A stretch of DNA of 64,000 nucleotides from assembly GCF_006345805.1 (NCBI RefSeq), contig NC_043008.1, forward strand, positions 37,448,001-37,512,000, given 5' to 3'. A model generated the notes under the pieces. It searched no databases. It was given only the letters and a program-made list of their open reading frames with translations, and was not told the origin of the DNA. A program made the position numbers and the translations under genes. This document shows positions 13,337 through 27,323 of the stretch, piece after piece (the stretch's first letter is position 1; each line of letters opens with the position of its first letter). This DNA comes from Octopus sinensis (lineage: Eukaryota).

Positions 13337-13847
13337 ATAAATTATCCATCTTGTAATAATATATTTCTTATTCACTGTGATGTGTCATTGTTATTCTAAA
13401 ATTATTCTAGCATTGCTTGCGTTTTACATGTTTACACATAATCAAAGATGTCTATTGGGGCTGCCAGTTCAGGTCAATGGTAAAGTTCTTGGACATTCAG
13501 TTAAGTAAAGCCTCTCAATATAAAGTATTATTTTTCACCTTTTACTTGTTTCAGACTTTGGATTGTGGCCATGCTGGGGCACTGCTTTGAATATTTTTTA
13601 GTCAAACAAATCGACTTATCTTTTACAGCTTGGTACTTATTTTATTGGCCACTTTTTGCTGAAGTGTTAAGTTACAAGACTGTATACAAACCAACACCGG
13701 TTGTCAAACAGTGGTGGGGAGACAAATGCAAATACAAACATGCTCACATAAATATATATATATATGTGTGTGTGTGTATATATATGTATGTATATATATA
13801 TGTGTGTGTGTGTGTGTGTCTGTGCGTGCTTATATATATATATATGC

Positions 13848-13952
<105 letters not shown>

Positions 13953-13967
13953 TATATACATATAAGT

Positions 13968-14287
13968 GAGGGCGCGTGGCTTAGTGGTTAGGGCATTCGG
14001 CTCATGATCGAAAGGTTGTGAGTTCGATTCCCAGTGACGCGTTGTGTCCTTGAGCAAGACACTTTATTTCACGTTGCTCCAGTCCATTCAGCTGGCAAAA
14101 ATGAGTTGTACTTGTATTTCAAAGGGTCAGCCTTGTCACTCTCTGTGTCACGCTGATTATCCCCGAGAACTACGTTAAGGGTACACGTGTCTGTGGAATG
14201 CTCAGCCATTTGCATGTTAATTTCATGAGCAAGCTGTTCCGTTGATCGTATCAGCTGGGACCCTCGTCGTTGTAACCGGCGGAGTCT
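13968..14287 (+). mobile_element. tRNA-derived SINE, head B plus tail Y
   Basis: A box tggcttagtggtt, B box gagttcgattccc, V/Meta-like gtgtccttgagcaagacactt domain. Confidence 0.85.
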
Positions 14288-15199
14288 TTAAATATACATA
14301 TATATCGAAAGGGAAGGAGGCATCGAAGGAGGTGATTTTGTGTCAGATGATAAAAGGTTAGAGTGTGACAGAGAGACAGAAACAGATGTCTTGCTGCAGA
14401 GGACATGTTTACTTAGTGTGAAAGAGAAGAAAAGAGGGAGAGGAAGGGTGGGAAAGAAAGAGAGATATGAAGGGTTTCTTTTAGTTTCCATTTACCAAAT
14501 CCATTCACAAAGCTCAGGACTATAGTAAAAGACACTTGCTCAAAGTACTGTGTCGTGGAATTGAAACCAAGACCATATGGATGAGAGGGATGCTTCTTAC
14601 CACACAGTCACACCTGCATGTATCTACAGCTTTATTTGAACTGAAATAACTTCAACATGACGTTGGTTAATAGCAACAAACCTCCAGTTAATGTCTCAGA
14701 TAATGCAGGTCCTTGGTTGTGGTATTTTTATACTGTAGCAGAAGCAAAATTACTCTGAACTCTATAATGATAATAAAAACAAATAATGGATTTTTTTTTT
14801 TATCAAAAGCAGATTTGTTGGTCCACTCCACCCCAAAATTAATAATTGTCAAAAGAGCCAGATTCTTATCACAAGCATTAAAATCTGACTAAACTGGCTC
14901 AAAGTTATTTTTAACTGATTCTTATATTTTAGGGAATTTTGATAAAACTGAAATTCAAGGGCCGAGTGCAAATAATGACATAATTCAAATGAAACTCATT
15001 AATAACATACACTCATCAGATAATTATATGAACACATATCTTAACTACATGACCCAAAGTTTAAGGCATGCATTTAATTCATTCCATAGGTTTGCATGGT
15101 TTCTAAGTTTCACATGAAGCATAATGAATTAGAAAGGTAAGGTAATCTTCCTGACATGATGGTATCACTGTGTCATATGTTGTAATCAAATATATATCT

Positions 15200-17900
15200 G
15201 ATTATAAATGCTGCTTTTTTGTGAATATAAGCATGCATCATCAAAATAGCATGAATATGGGAAAAGTTATATTAAATGTGGGGAAAAAGAATCAATTTCC
15301 GGCAGTCTGTAAAGTTACAAAAAAAGAAGTTGAAGAAATTGAAGAAATTGGAGAAATTGAAGAAATCAGAAATGAAGATTCTGCTTTTTGATATTGGTGT
15401 AACAAATATTATAATGCTTAATGCGAAAAACCTGATAATGTTATCATTAAGATGCAAGTTGATACTGGCAGTCAAGTGACTGTAATACCTTACAATTTTT
15501 GGATGGATTTGAAGAATAAATCAAAGTTAAAAATGTTCATCACAAACTAAAACAATTTGATGGATTAATCATTCAAATGTTTTGGGAGTTTTGATGCATT
15601 AACAGAAACTGATAAGAGAATAGATGTTGTGAATGTTATTGTAGCTGAATGTTGCAAAAAGGAAAAGAGCATGGTTTGTTTCAAATGGATGTGATGAATG
15701 TTAATAGTTCATTATTAATTCATGAAATGGGCCATTTTGGGAGATTAAGAGGCTTTTAAGGCTAATATTCTTCACAAAGGAAATATCAGGCCATTTTTAT
15801 TTTCAAGCAAGCCCATTACAAATACACATTAAAGTATTAGTCATAACAAAGTTGAGAAAACTAATTAATAAAGATCTTATAGAAAAGGTTCCACCTCAAA
15901 GAATTAAATGAGCTTCTTTAGTTTCTGTGTTGGATGGAAATCTCGAAGCATACGAAGACAATAAAGTCCATGTCCACCACAAGGTCTAGTTCTTGCTGAG
16001 GTGTGATGGCTTGTATGCCTCAGGGACTCTGAGGATAGAGGTCAATCCAATATCACAAGTAAAGATGGGTCTGTAGAGGGCCAAAACCCCTGAATAGTAT
16101 AAAAGCAAAATTCTGAGAGAGGATGGCCTTCTCTCAGTGGGGATGGATAGGCCTTGAACAGCAGAGAAAAGGTGTTGATGATGGCATCTGCTCCAGAGTC
16201 GGGGAAGGACTTAAATAAAAAAGTTGATGTGAATGAAAGAGTTTGTTGATATTCTCACCTAATTTCAAATTCTGTATCAATGTTTTCTAGCATGATTTAT
16301 TTTGCAGAATTCAATTTAAAGAGGATATATTATCAACGAAAAATGTTAGATTTTTGCCATTTCAAATATTCTTGGGGCATATTTGAACCAAAAAGAAAGT
16401 CATTAATTTTTTTTTTTGTAGAGAAAATTTCTTGCTGTATACAAATGGTGTTAATACATCTAAAAGGTGCAGGCATGGGTGTGTGGTAAGAAGCTTGCTT
16501 CCTAATCCCATGTTTCCAGGTTCAGTCCCTCTGCCTGGCATCTTGGGCAAGTGTCTTCAACTAAATCCTTGCTCCAGGTGTTGCTCCAGTATGGCTGTGT
16601 CCAGTGAATGAAATAATTAAAAGACAAGATAATGATGAAAGTTATGGATTAATAGCAACAAAGAAATTCATTGAATGTAGAAGTATGGTAGCTGGATTAG
16701 AAAGAAAATGTGGAATGATATGTATGACATCCAACACATATGACAATAAAACTAGATTCACCTCACACAGTGTAGACATAGCCAAAAGAAATTAAAACAT
16801 GCCTAGTAGTATATATTGATTGCACTTATGTTAAGCATTTAAAGTTTTTCTTAAAATTTGTTTTTTTCTACTCTAGGCACAAGACCCAAAAATTTTGATG
16901 AGGAGGCCAGCATACAACTGGTACTTAATTTATTGACCCCAAAACGATAAAAGGCAAAGTCGACCTTGGCAGAATTTGAACTGTGAATGTAGTGGGAGAC
17001 AAAATATCGCTATGCATTTTTCCTGGCATGCTAACGTTTCTACTAGCTTCCTGCCATGTTCTTAATATTTATTGATACATAATCTAGGTGACCAGAAGAA
17101 ACGGAAGCGGTTAGGTTGGTATTAAGAATTCTGCCAGAGACTGTAATCCAAAGCATTAGCATTTGACAATACTAGTGTATTCTTTGATAGTGGACATGTG
17201 CATGTGGCTTGATAACACTGGACATAAAGCATTGAAAATGCTTCCATATCATCCAGAATCAAACGAAGTTGCTGACAGAATGATTGCAAGTGTTAAAGTG
17301 GGTTTAAAAGCATATTCACCAAGTAAAAGTTTTGTTAATGCATATTTGAGTTGTAAGCTTTTGAGTTACCAGACACTCCTTCAATTAAGAAGATATCTTC
17401 TTAGTCCATCTACTTTGATGGGTAAATAACTGCTATCAACGTTAACAATATCTTGTGGAACTGCATCTCTAGTTTGGTATCAATGCAGAAGAAATGATGG
17501 ACTACAACAAGTTAGATTTATATCTCAAGCAAGTAATAATACAGCAGTGATACTTAAGAGGGAAAAGTGTGAATAGCTCAAACAGATCAAATAAACAACG
17601 ACACAGATATTGTCAGAGAACAAAGTGCAGATTCAGTCCCTCAAGCTTTGAATGCTATTCCCAATTCTATTATTAAAGATTGTGATTTCATAACTGATAC
17701 AGGAACAAACATTGCAAATGGTGTTAGACACAGTTCTCAAACAAAAGGAATTACATCAATTTGTTTCTGGGAAATGTAATATCGTTGTTATGCTAAGCAT
17801 AGCGTGTATTTTTACATGTTTACAGTGATGGAAATTATTTAAGGTGACTACCATTCTATGCCAGGGAGCTTTGCTAGTCAGTTGTATAAAGCTTTTCTCG
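15200..17900 (+). mobile_element. Highly decayed Ty3/Gypsy LTR retrotransposon, interrupted by SINEs
   Basis: In gypsy order: knuckle-like GKKNQFPAVC (~15280), aspartic protease KMQVDTGSQVTVIP (15450-15485), RT N-terminus (~15740-15920), integrase pieces (16690-16830; LPYHPESNEVADRMIASVK...SPSTLMG at 17163-17429), purine run then TGTAAT at 17775. Confidence 0.75.
16865..17060 (-). mobile_element. Family-D SINE inside the Gypsy integrase
   Basis: ttctactctaggcacaag...gtcgaccttggcagaatttgaact...gctaacgtttct, same family as 33532-33748. Confidence 0.8.
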
Positions 17901-18424
17901 ATGGAAAGGGTTAAATATGACTATAATTTTATTTAGATAAATTTAGAATAACACAACACACTGACACAATGCTACAGGTTTTGTGTAATCAACTGAATAA
18001 ACCGCAGCATATGACTGGTACTTTGTTTCCTTAACATTATAGAGATGTGAAATAACATCAACTATAGTGATACCTCAATTGTCAACTTACTGTGAAGAAA
18101 CTAAATACAGCAACCATTTACCCTAGTGACACCCAGTAAGTCATATCCATGGATTTTGGTAGAATTTAATATTTCTGGCTTGTTTTTGTTCTCTTACAAT
18201 CGCATTCCAGTTCATTAGGGAAGAATATATAATTGAATGAATCCTCTCCATCACACCACAGATTCTCATTTCATTGCTCTTTGGAAGGTAAAAACACAGC
18301 AACACACTTGATGCATCAAAATAATGGTTGTGTCATTAGAAAATTTGCTCCTCAATTATTTCGTTTCTGGTTCAGTCCATGTGTAGAATTTTAGACAAGT
18401 GTCTTCTTCTATAATCTTTGTCTT

Positions 18425-18757
18425 ACAAATCGACCCCAGGACTTATTCTTTGTAAGCTTAGTACTTATTCTATCAGTCTCTTTTTGCCAAACTGCTAAGT
18501 TACAGGGATGTAAACACACCAGCATTGATTGTCAAGCGATGTTGGAGGTGGGGGACAAACGCAGACACACAAACATATACATACACATACATATATATAT
18601 ACATATATATGACAGGCTTCTTTCAGTGTCCGTCTACCAAATCCACTTACAAGGCTTTGGTTGGCCCGAGGCTATAGTAGAAGACACTTGCCCAAGGTGC
18701 CACACAGTGGGACTGGACCCAGAACCATGTGGTTGGTAAGCAAGCTACTTACCACAC
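18425..18757 (-). mobile_element. Family-A SINE
   Basis: Homology to 3205-3608. Confidence 0.85.
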
Positions 18758-19659
18758 AGTCACCCCTTGTGCATACATTGTCAGTTAGCTTGTGGTCGTT
18801 TGCTTATTTATACAATTCATTGATATCAGGGTCAAGTCCTGCAATAACAGCTTGCAGAACCTTGTAAGTAAAATAATTTATGAACCCAGCTCTGAAGGTC
18901 TTAGTATGGCTGTAGTTATGATATTAGCGATTCACTATCATTGGGAGTTTGTAACCCCTTATCAGTCATTGTAGAGTCCATTCCAGATCAACCCCAATCC
19001 ATCAAAATCCCAGTCAGATTCATTATCTTATTTTCAGACATAGTATATCTAGGATTACATTATCTAAAGTGTTCCCTCTTTTTTTTATAAAACAGCAGGG
19101 TATGACTTGAGGGAATTTGGCTGCTCCATGCAATTTTTGTTAATTTTGTTGTTTGTTCTTATTTTCAAAGGCCTTCAGAAATATCATCTGTGATCCTTCA
19201 TTGCTGAAAAGAAAACTTTGTTAGTTAAATCAGTAACCATCTGAGTATCGATCACTAAGTTTGACAGAGGTCAAAAGAACTCTAAAGAGAAGCACTTGAC
19301 AAGCAACTAATGATTAAAAGCAATGATATGGAAGCTAGCCAACATCAGAATGAAATTTAGAGAATGTTAATGAAAACATCTGCTTATTGCATGGCCTTCT
19401 GTTTTCTGTGATCATCTTATCTAATATGTAAAATATGGTAGAATCATCAAGATCTGAAGACCTCAACAGACATGTTAGAATCAGCATATTAGTTATGTGC
19501 TTACAAATGGTTAAATATGGTTTAGGTATGTTTTGCTATTATTTTAGGGCAAAAGTGAAATTTTTCACTTATTTTATTCAAACAATGTTTATTGAAAATG
19601 ATATTAGAAATAGAACCTTTGCTGTTTTCAGCTTCACAGTTTACAAGATGGTTACAACA

Positions 19660-19679
19660 ACAACAACAACAACAACAAC

Positions 19680-19722
<43 letters not shown>

Positions 19723-19862
19723 TAATAATAATAATAATAATAATCATAATAATAATAATAATAATAATAATAAAATAATAATAATAATAATAATAATAAT
19801 ATAAAATAATAATAATAATAATAATAATCATTGTTTGATGTCCATTTTCCATGCCGGCATGG

Positions 19863-19918
<56 letters not shown>

Positions 19919-19972
19919 TAATAATAATTATAATAATAACAGCAACAACAACAATAATAATAATAATAATCC
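19660..19972. repeat. (CAA)n/(TAA)n arrays
   Basis: Direct reading. Confidence 0.9.
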
Positions 19973-20239
19973 TTTCTGCTGTAAGCACAAGGCCGGCAAC
20001 TTTTCAGGAGGGGACTAATCAATTACATCGACCCCAATGTTCAACTGGTACTTATTTTATTGATCCTGAAAGGATGAAAAGCAAAGTCAACTTCAGCAGA
20101 ATTTGAACTCAGAATGTAAAAAACAAATTAAATACTGCTAAGTAATTCACCCAGCATGCTAACGATTCTGCCAGCTCGCTGTCTTGATGATGATGATGAT
20201 GATGATGATAATAATAATAATAATAATAATTATCGATAT

Positions 20240-20623
20240 AGCAAGAAAGAACATGTGTGATAATTGGCATAGCATGCACCAATGACAACAGGATCAATGT
20301 GAAAGAAGAAAAAAAAAAACAACTATGACACAATTTGAAGTGGGAAATAAGAAGGTTGTGGTCAATGAAGAGAGCAGACGTGATACCAATAGTAATTGAT
20401 ACACTTGGAAGTATCAGCACTCAACTACCAGCATGGTGATAAAAGATTGGTACACGTGTGAAGGTACAATGCCTATGAAAATCAGCATTGCTTACAACTG
20501 CAAGATTTCTTTGCAGGTTTCTTGAAGCATGGCCAGTAAAGCAAGTGTCACCTTAGACTGCTGGCTGTGGACAGCTGACACTTTCCATCACACCCAGCAA
20601 AATAAACTGTGAGTTCTCGTCAC
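20240..20623 (+). mobile_element. Degenerate 3' end of a second RLE LINE family, between TAA arrays
   Basis: Broken translation RTCVIIGIACTNDNRIN..K..WEIRRLWSMKRADVIPIVIDTLGSI...KSALLTTARFL, parallel to the C-terminus at 6230-6516. Confidence 0.75.
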
Positions 20624-20644
20624 ATAATAATAATAATAATAATG

Positions 20645-20712
<68 letters not shown>

Positions 20713-20844
20713 CATAATCATAATAATGATTCTTTTTAAAATAATTTAAACTCAGAATGTGAAGAGGTGGAATAAATACTGCCAAGCTTTTTGTCCAGTT
20801 CGTAAATAATTCTCTCAATGAGCACCTCCATAATAATATTGATC

Positions 20845-20879
<35 letters not shown>

Positions 20880-20883
<4 letters not shown>

Positions 20884-21010
20884 CAAAAAAACACAAATAT
20901 ATGGCACACTAGGCATAACAACAACGTGAACTTCCAACCTGTTGTCTCTTGAGGTCTCAGGGTGAGACTTGGAGCCAACTTGTACAGACATAAAGCAAAA
21001 GTCAAACATA
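20880..21010 (+). mobile_element. Probable 3' terminus of a further TAA-associated LINE
   Basis: Unique 130-bp block bounded by TAA arrays; recognised as a repeat end by pattern only. Confidence 0.4.
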
Positions 21011-21058
<48 letters not shown>

Positions 21059-21312
21059 GTACCAGGCAGTGGCTCTCATGGCTTCTGATCTTAACTGATT
21101 GGAAGTGTTATCATGTACATTGTTTTGTCTTGGTATAAAAGATGGGCTACAACAAATATTCTGCTCAGTACCACAGATTTGCTTGTCAGTTGTTTGACCT
21201 TAACCAGTTGAGCATGCCCCTTAATAGCTGACGATCTGTGCATCTCTGATCAAGAGCAGAAGTAGTGGGGGAGCATCATATCCATGTGTTGAGAGGATTC
21301 TTCAGTTTTTGT

Positions 21313-21491
21313 TTAGACTATATATGACCGAGGTAACTCATCAAGAAGTTATACACAAATAAATAGAAGAGTGCTATATCTGTGGAAGAGTGCTAGATGC
21401 CGAATATTGTTCAACCAATTTCACATGATATGGCACTCTTCTATTTATTTGTGTATAACTTCTGGATGAGTTACCTCAGCCCTATATAGTC

Positions 21492-21494
<3 letters not shown>
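21313..21494. repeat. Foldback element with ~68-bp terminal inverted repeats
   Basis: 21313-21380 vs the reverse complement of 21427-21494 differ at only a few positions; TA at both ends. Confidence 0.85.
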
Positions 21495-21523
<29 letters not shown>

Positions 21524-22217
21524 TAATAATGATAATTTCAAATTTTGATACAAGACTAGCAATTTTAGGGTAGGGCTCCATCAATTACATCAAATCCAGT
21601 TCTTCGTACTTAATGTTATTGATGAAAGTTAAAGTTGAGTTTGGAAGAATTTGAATTCAGAACAGACAGAGCTGGAAGAAATGTTGCTAAGCATTCTATC
21701 TGACTCACTAATGATCCTAAAAAACTTTGCAAGAAATAATTATTACCAAATTTGATATCCTTATGTAAGACGTAAAATTTGCATAGAAAAATCAAATTGC
21801 TTTAGCTGGTAAATTTATTCAGAAGGTAGGATCTTTTTTAAAGATGACAGTTCTAAATATGGAATAGAAACATTAATGTCACGTAATTAGACACTAATTG
21901 GGAAAACGAAAATGGCAGTTATTTTCCTTCCTCCAATTATATTTTATCTATTTAATGTTCACCCTTTACATTTAATAAATGCAAATCAATTTTTATTTTT
22001 ACAGTTTTACATTTATTTTTAATTAATGTTTGCATAATTCGGTTTGTTATTTTTGTTTTGCTGTAAATATTTGCTTTTTACAACTGGATACCTTTCTTGC
22101 TTCTTACCTCTGAACTATAAACAAAGTGTAGAACATCTGTCTTCGCTCAGTCAAACAGTTTGGAGCAAAACTGAGTTAAATGTCTGAGCCAGTGAAACCT
22201 GAATTTATTTATTCATT

Positions 22218-22680
22218 TAAGAAGCTTGCTTCCAAGCACATAGATTCAGGTTCAGTTCCACTACATGCCACCTTGGGCAAGTGTTTTCTACTCTAGCTCC
22301 GGAGCTGCTCAAAGCCTTGTAAGTGGATTTGGGAAGTGGAAGCTCATGACAGAATAATGTACGCACACACACACACACACACACTAATGCGTGCACTTGC
22401 ACACACACACACACATGCATGCACACACACACACAGTGAGTGTGTATGTGTGTGTGAGTATGAGTGTGTACATGTTTGTGCTTCCTTGACTTGATATCAT
22501 TTGATATTTATAAATGATTGTGATTGTCTCACAAGTAGTGTCATTAATTTTCAATATACTGCAAGAACATGTCCGGCCATGGGGATATAGTACCTTGCAT
22601 GGGAAAAAGATGAGGATTGGTGAGAGTAAAGGCATCCATCTGTAGAAAACCTGCTTCAATAAACTCTGAAAGAATGAAAT
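22218..22680 (+). mobile_element. Degenerate SINE: family-A head plus alternative (Nin/Deu-like) tail
   Basis: Family-A head and CORE-like part, CA microsatellite, then ...ggccatgggga...accttgc...gaggattgg...aaggcatcca.ctgtagaaaa. Confidence 0.6.
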
Positions 22681-23243
22681 GACAAAGGGAGACCTTTGCA
22701 AGATTTGAATTCTGATTTGCACAAAAATTTGTTCTGGTTGAACAAAAATCACATTGCACTATCTGTCTCTCCTACAACTCTGCCAGTTTTTCATCTTACA
22801 TCCAATCCTCCTCCTCCTCCTACTCCTCCTCCTCATCATCATCATCATCATAACCATCATCATCGTTTAACATTTATTTTCCATGCTGTCATGGGTTGGA
22901 TGGCTTGACAGGAACTGGTAATGCCGGAGGCCATACCAGGTTCCATAATCTGTTTTAGTTAGGTTCCCACTGCTGGATGCCTGGATGCCCTTCCTATTGC
23001 CAACCACTTTATAGAGTGTACTGGGTGTTTTTTACATGGAACTATCACCAGTGCTTTTTACACAGCACCAACACCAGTCCAGTACTCATGGTCCCATGTT
23101 TTAGGAGCATGTTTTTCCACCAACAACTGTTACTTGTTTGCCCAAAGACACAGTGTCAACTCTTTTTTTCCGACTAGCATTATACTATATTGAACAGAGA
23201 ACTTTGGTACTTACAGTTATGAGCAGAGATATGTGGTTTTCAA

Positions 23244-23451
23244 TTCTACTCTAAGCACTAGGCCCGAAATTTTGCGGGGAAGGGGCCAGTCGATTAGATC
23301 GACCCTAGTACACAACTGGTACTTAATTTATCGATCCCAAAAGTATGAAAGTCGACCTCAATGGAATTTGTATTCAAATGTAAAGACAGATGAAATACCA
23401 TAAAGCATTTCACCTGGTGTGCTAATGTTTCTGCCAGCTCGCCGCCATAAC
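23244..23451 (-). mobile_element. Family-D SINE with 10-bp TSD
   Basis: tggttttcaa at 23234-43 and 23452-61. Confidence 0.88.
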
Positions 23452-24479
23452 TGGTTTTCAAATATTAAATTAGAAATATTATTGATGGTGCTAGAACAGA
23501 GGGTAAGAATTAGGCTGGGTACATGTAAAATCTTTTCAAGCTGGAACTGAGTATAACAAATGAGTTCTCTGTCTGAGTAATCTATTGTGCAAGGGGTTGC
23601 TTTTCTGTTTCCCCATCCATAACAAATAATCCAAGGGTTAACATTGTTTTTGATCTAAAACTACCATGTACCCTCTGGCTTAAAACCATAAGTATTTCCA
23701 GTTTTGGAATCCTTCTACAAAGACTTTTCCTGATCTCAAAATTGAGATTTTTCATTTGTGGCTTTTGGTTGTAACTGCTGTGATGCCATACTCAAGCAGA
23801 TCTGTATCTTTAGCGCAATCAGTTGAGCACTAAATCCCACAAGTCCACCTCACTGACTATAATACATTTCAGTTTAGTCTGTGACTAGACTGTTGTCTCT
23901 CCAATGTGCTTTGCCATTTCTATCAAATGTTATTACTTGTTTCAGTTGTTGAACAGTAGCCCTGCTGGAGCACCATCTTCATGGGTTTAGTTGAGCAAAT
24001 CAACCCTAGTGCTTATTTTTTTGCAAACCTGATACTTATTCCACCAAAGCTACTAAGTTATGTGATGTAAACAAAACAACATCAGTTGTCAAGTGGTGGT
24101 GTGGTGGTGGTGGTGGGGACATACTCAAACATAAAGATACACACACACACAAACAGAGATACACACAACAGAGATATACACATATGTGTAGGAGTGGCTG
24201 TGTGGTAAGTAGCTTGCTTACCAATCACATAGTTCCAGGTTCAGTCCCACTGCATAGCACCTTGGGCAAGTGTCTTCTACTATAGCCTGGGGCTGACCAA
24301 AGCCTTGTGAGTGGATTTGGTAGATGGAAACTGAAAGAAGCCTGTCGTATATATGTATATAATTCTTTATAACCAAATAAGAATGAATATACCATACTGG
24401 TTTTTAATTCAACATACATATATTACTAAAAAACTTCATTGCAAACTTAGAATTAAATTCTCCCTTTTTTCTTTTTTTG

Positions 24480-25400
24480 ATAATCTCCTATACTAAAGTC
24501 TATGTCCCTAAAGAAACTACTCAGTTCACCTAGATTATCTCACTTCCATTTCTTAATATATCATTAACCAAGGATATTTTCACCTCACTAATTAGCCTTT
24601 CTCCGCAGGTAGTAAATATTATGTCTAACAGATTCTACATTTTAATTCATTAATAACATTCCACTATCTACGAAATCTGAGTAATTTACTCTTCTTAATT
24701 ACTTCTCTTCATAAAAATAAATCACCTTCTACTAAACCTATGAAGACCTTTCTTCTTGATTACTCCTCTTCCAGTTTTCCTATTATATATATTTGACCCC
24801 TAATATATTCACTTGATTAATAAGACTTTTGTCCTCAGTTAATGAGTATTATGCCTACTCATAATAAGTGATAGATTTTTCTCCAAAATGAATAAATATT
24901 AGATTTATAATTTCTACTTTAATCCAAAGTATCAAAATATTCAAAATCTACCAGCTAAGTATAAAGTTGATGTATATAAGTATAAAATAATCTATGTATT
25001 CTCTATAAGTGGTCACTGTGACCATTTGACATTGACCTAGTTTTCCTAATACAAAATCTGTTTGCCAAATAGTAGTAAACAGCCTCTGTAGCATTACAAC
25101 CCTCTCTCTACCTTAATTTCTTTATATAGAACTTTGACATCTATTTTGCCCCTATTTCTATAAATATAGCAGTTCAAAACAACCGAATATTCTGAATATT
25201 CTTCAGTCAGTTGATAAACTCTACTACTTTAATGTTCTTAAAATTTAAATCGACATCTTTGTCTATATATCTACATTCTCTATAATGTTATCAATTGATA
25301 TGAAAATTATGTATTAATGGAAAACCTCCATTAATGGCTGATGATTGCTCAACATTTTAAAACTGTTGTAATACTTACAACATTTAATAAAATGATGTAG
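24480..25400 (+). mobile_element. Very old Penelope-like element remnant
   Basis: SLPFLNISLTK (24540-72) and QILHFNS (24629-49) resemble the PLE RT thumb (LPFLDV...YLHFxS); VYKYK-like segment near 24980; ends in ctgatga...aaaactgttgta...aataaa, like a PLE terminus. Confidence 0.5.
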
Positions 25401-25450
25401 CGTGAAACGATCACACCAAATTACAGAAGTTATTCTTGTTCCTTATTTTG

Positions 25451-25504
<54 letters not shown>

Positions 25505-25854
25505 GGTGTGTGTGTATATGTTTGTGTGTCCATATTTGTCCCCCACCAACATTGCTTGACAACCACTGCTGGTGTGTTTATGTCCCCGTAATTTAGCGGT
25601 TCGGCAAAAGAGACTAATTGAATGAGTACTAGACTTACAAAGAATAGGTCCTGGGGTCGATTTGCTCGACTAAAAGCAGTGCTCCAGCATGGCCACTGTC
25701 AAAATGACTGGAACAATTAAAAGAGAGTAAAAGAGATACACACACACACACACACACAATAGATTGCCATGCAGTTTCTGTCTACTAAATTCAGCTACAA
25801 CACATTGGTCAGATGATAAATGACACTGGCCCAAGTACCATGTGGTGGTAAATA

Positions 25855-26100
25855 AAAGTAAATGCGCCTTTTTAAAGCCTAGCCAGGCTCATAGGCCCGG
25901 TTTCCACAGCGTACGTGTTTCCCAGCTGGATGGGATGCCAGTCCATTGCAGCGTTGCTCATTTTTGCCAGCTGGGTGGACTGGAGCAACATGAAATGAAG
26001 TGTTTTGCTCAAGAACACAATGCATCGCCTGGTCCAGGAATCGAAACCTCAATCTTACAGTCATGATGCTGACACCCTAACCACTAAGCCACGTGCCTCC
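25855..26100 (-). mobile_element. tRNA-derived SINE, head B plus tail-X-like end
   Basis: Head and central domain as in 13968; continues gcaatggactggcatcccatccag...ggaaaccgggcctatgagcc, as in 429-728. Confidence 0.8.
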
Positions 26101-27323
26101 ACACACCATGTAGTGGTACTGAATCAAAAACTGTGTCGATGCAACACAACCTTCTTAACCATACAGAGTGCACCTTGAATGTAGAAATTTAATATTTTCT
26201 TTTCAAAATAGCCAAAGATATTCTTTTGCTCTTTTACTTGTTTCGGTCAGTTGACTGTGGCTTTGCTGGATATTATCAGAGTATCTTGTTTGCTGTTGAG
26301 AAAATTGCATTTAGCAGTTCTGTTGCTACATGTCTGTTGAAATCCCCTGCTTTGTTCCAATTGATTTTGAAGATAAAGAATAAAGTGAAATATCTGCAAT
26401 TATTAGGCTGGTATATGGATTGCATATTAAGAAGAAATTTTGATGAAAGTTTTTAATTAAGATTACTTTTAAACAGGAAGTTTGTATCTTAGAACTAAGG
26501 GTGGTCTCAGGTGCATCGATATCAAAAAGGTTAATATGCTATTGCAATATGTCAGTCTTGTTGAATGATATAATTGAGTGAATGGATGTTATACAGAGAA
26601 TAGCTTCTGCCTTAACTAAATGTGGAAAAGGAGTAGATATTGCATATTCAGCAGATCCTATAATTCGTGGCACCAATGTAATCTAAAATATTTCAACACC
26701 AATTATATCACAGGAATTGTCAGAATGGTCCTAGAGACAATGTTACTCAAACTTAATGTCTTTGAAGCTGGATTCCAGCAACCATATTACCAGAGGTTAT
26801 GCCTTGCATTAAAATTACTCAAATGTTGCTGTAGTAGTTGTTTAACCCCGAGTAAATCCTAACTAAGTAAAGCTAGGATCACAAACATCCCAACTATAAC
26901 TATTTTTTTCTCAAGCTTTATGTATCTAAAATTAGATTATTCAAGATAGTAAGGCATAATTAAAGGTAAATGTCTTTGATATTTCTTGCTGCTCAAGCTA
27001 CCATCAAGATGCACGCTCATTATCTCATCTAAAATAATTGTAGCTTAAGCTAATCAAATTTACTACTGGTGCTCCACAATAGTCAATAGTTTATTATCTT
27101 ACTCAAAACTTAATATTCAATTATAAGAGTGCTTTCCTTCATATATTTGGCAAAGAAATTATGTGTTTTTTACTGAATCGTAATTTGAAATATTGTTCAA
27201 CTGGACTAATAGTCTTAAATTTTCCAGGCAATTAACTCCCCCTTTCATATTTTTTAAGTTGATATTGGCACAATCATTTACCTGCTTCTACCTTTGATAG
27301 ATTTTGAATGGTGTCTGGACCAT

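Noticed and set aside
13352-13540. Possible 5' LTR of the Gypsy remnant (shares ttttacatgtttaca with 17810-17826)
   Set aside because: Similarity is too short to define LTR ends, PBS or TSD.
25338-25372. ctgatga...aaaactgttgta at the end of the old PLE remnant
   Set aside because: Stem I does not pair and GAAA is lost; kept only as supporting evidence for PLE origin.
24400-25400. Strand-skewed AT-rich kilobase as a possible mitochondrial insertion
   Set aside because: No mitochondrial gene motif; PLE RT-thumb motifs explain it better.
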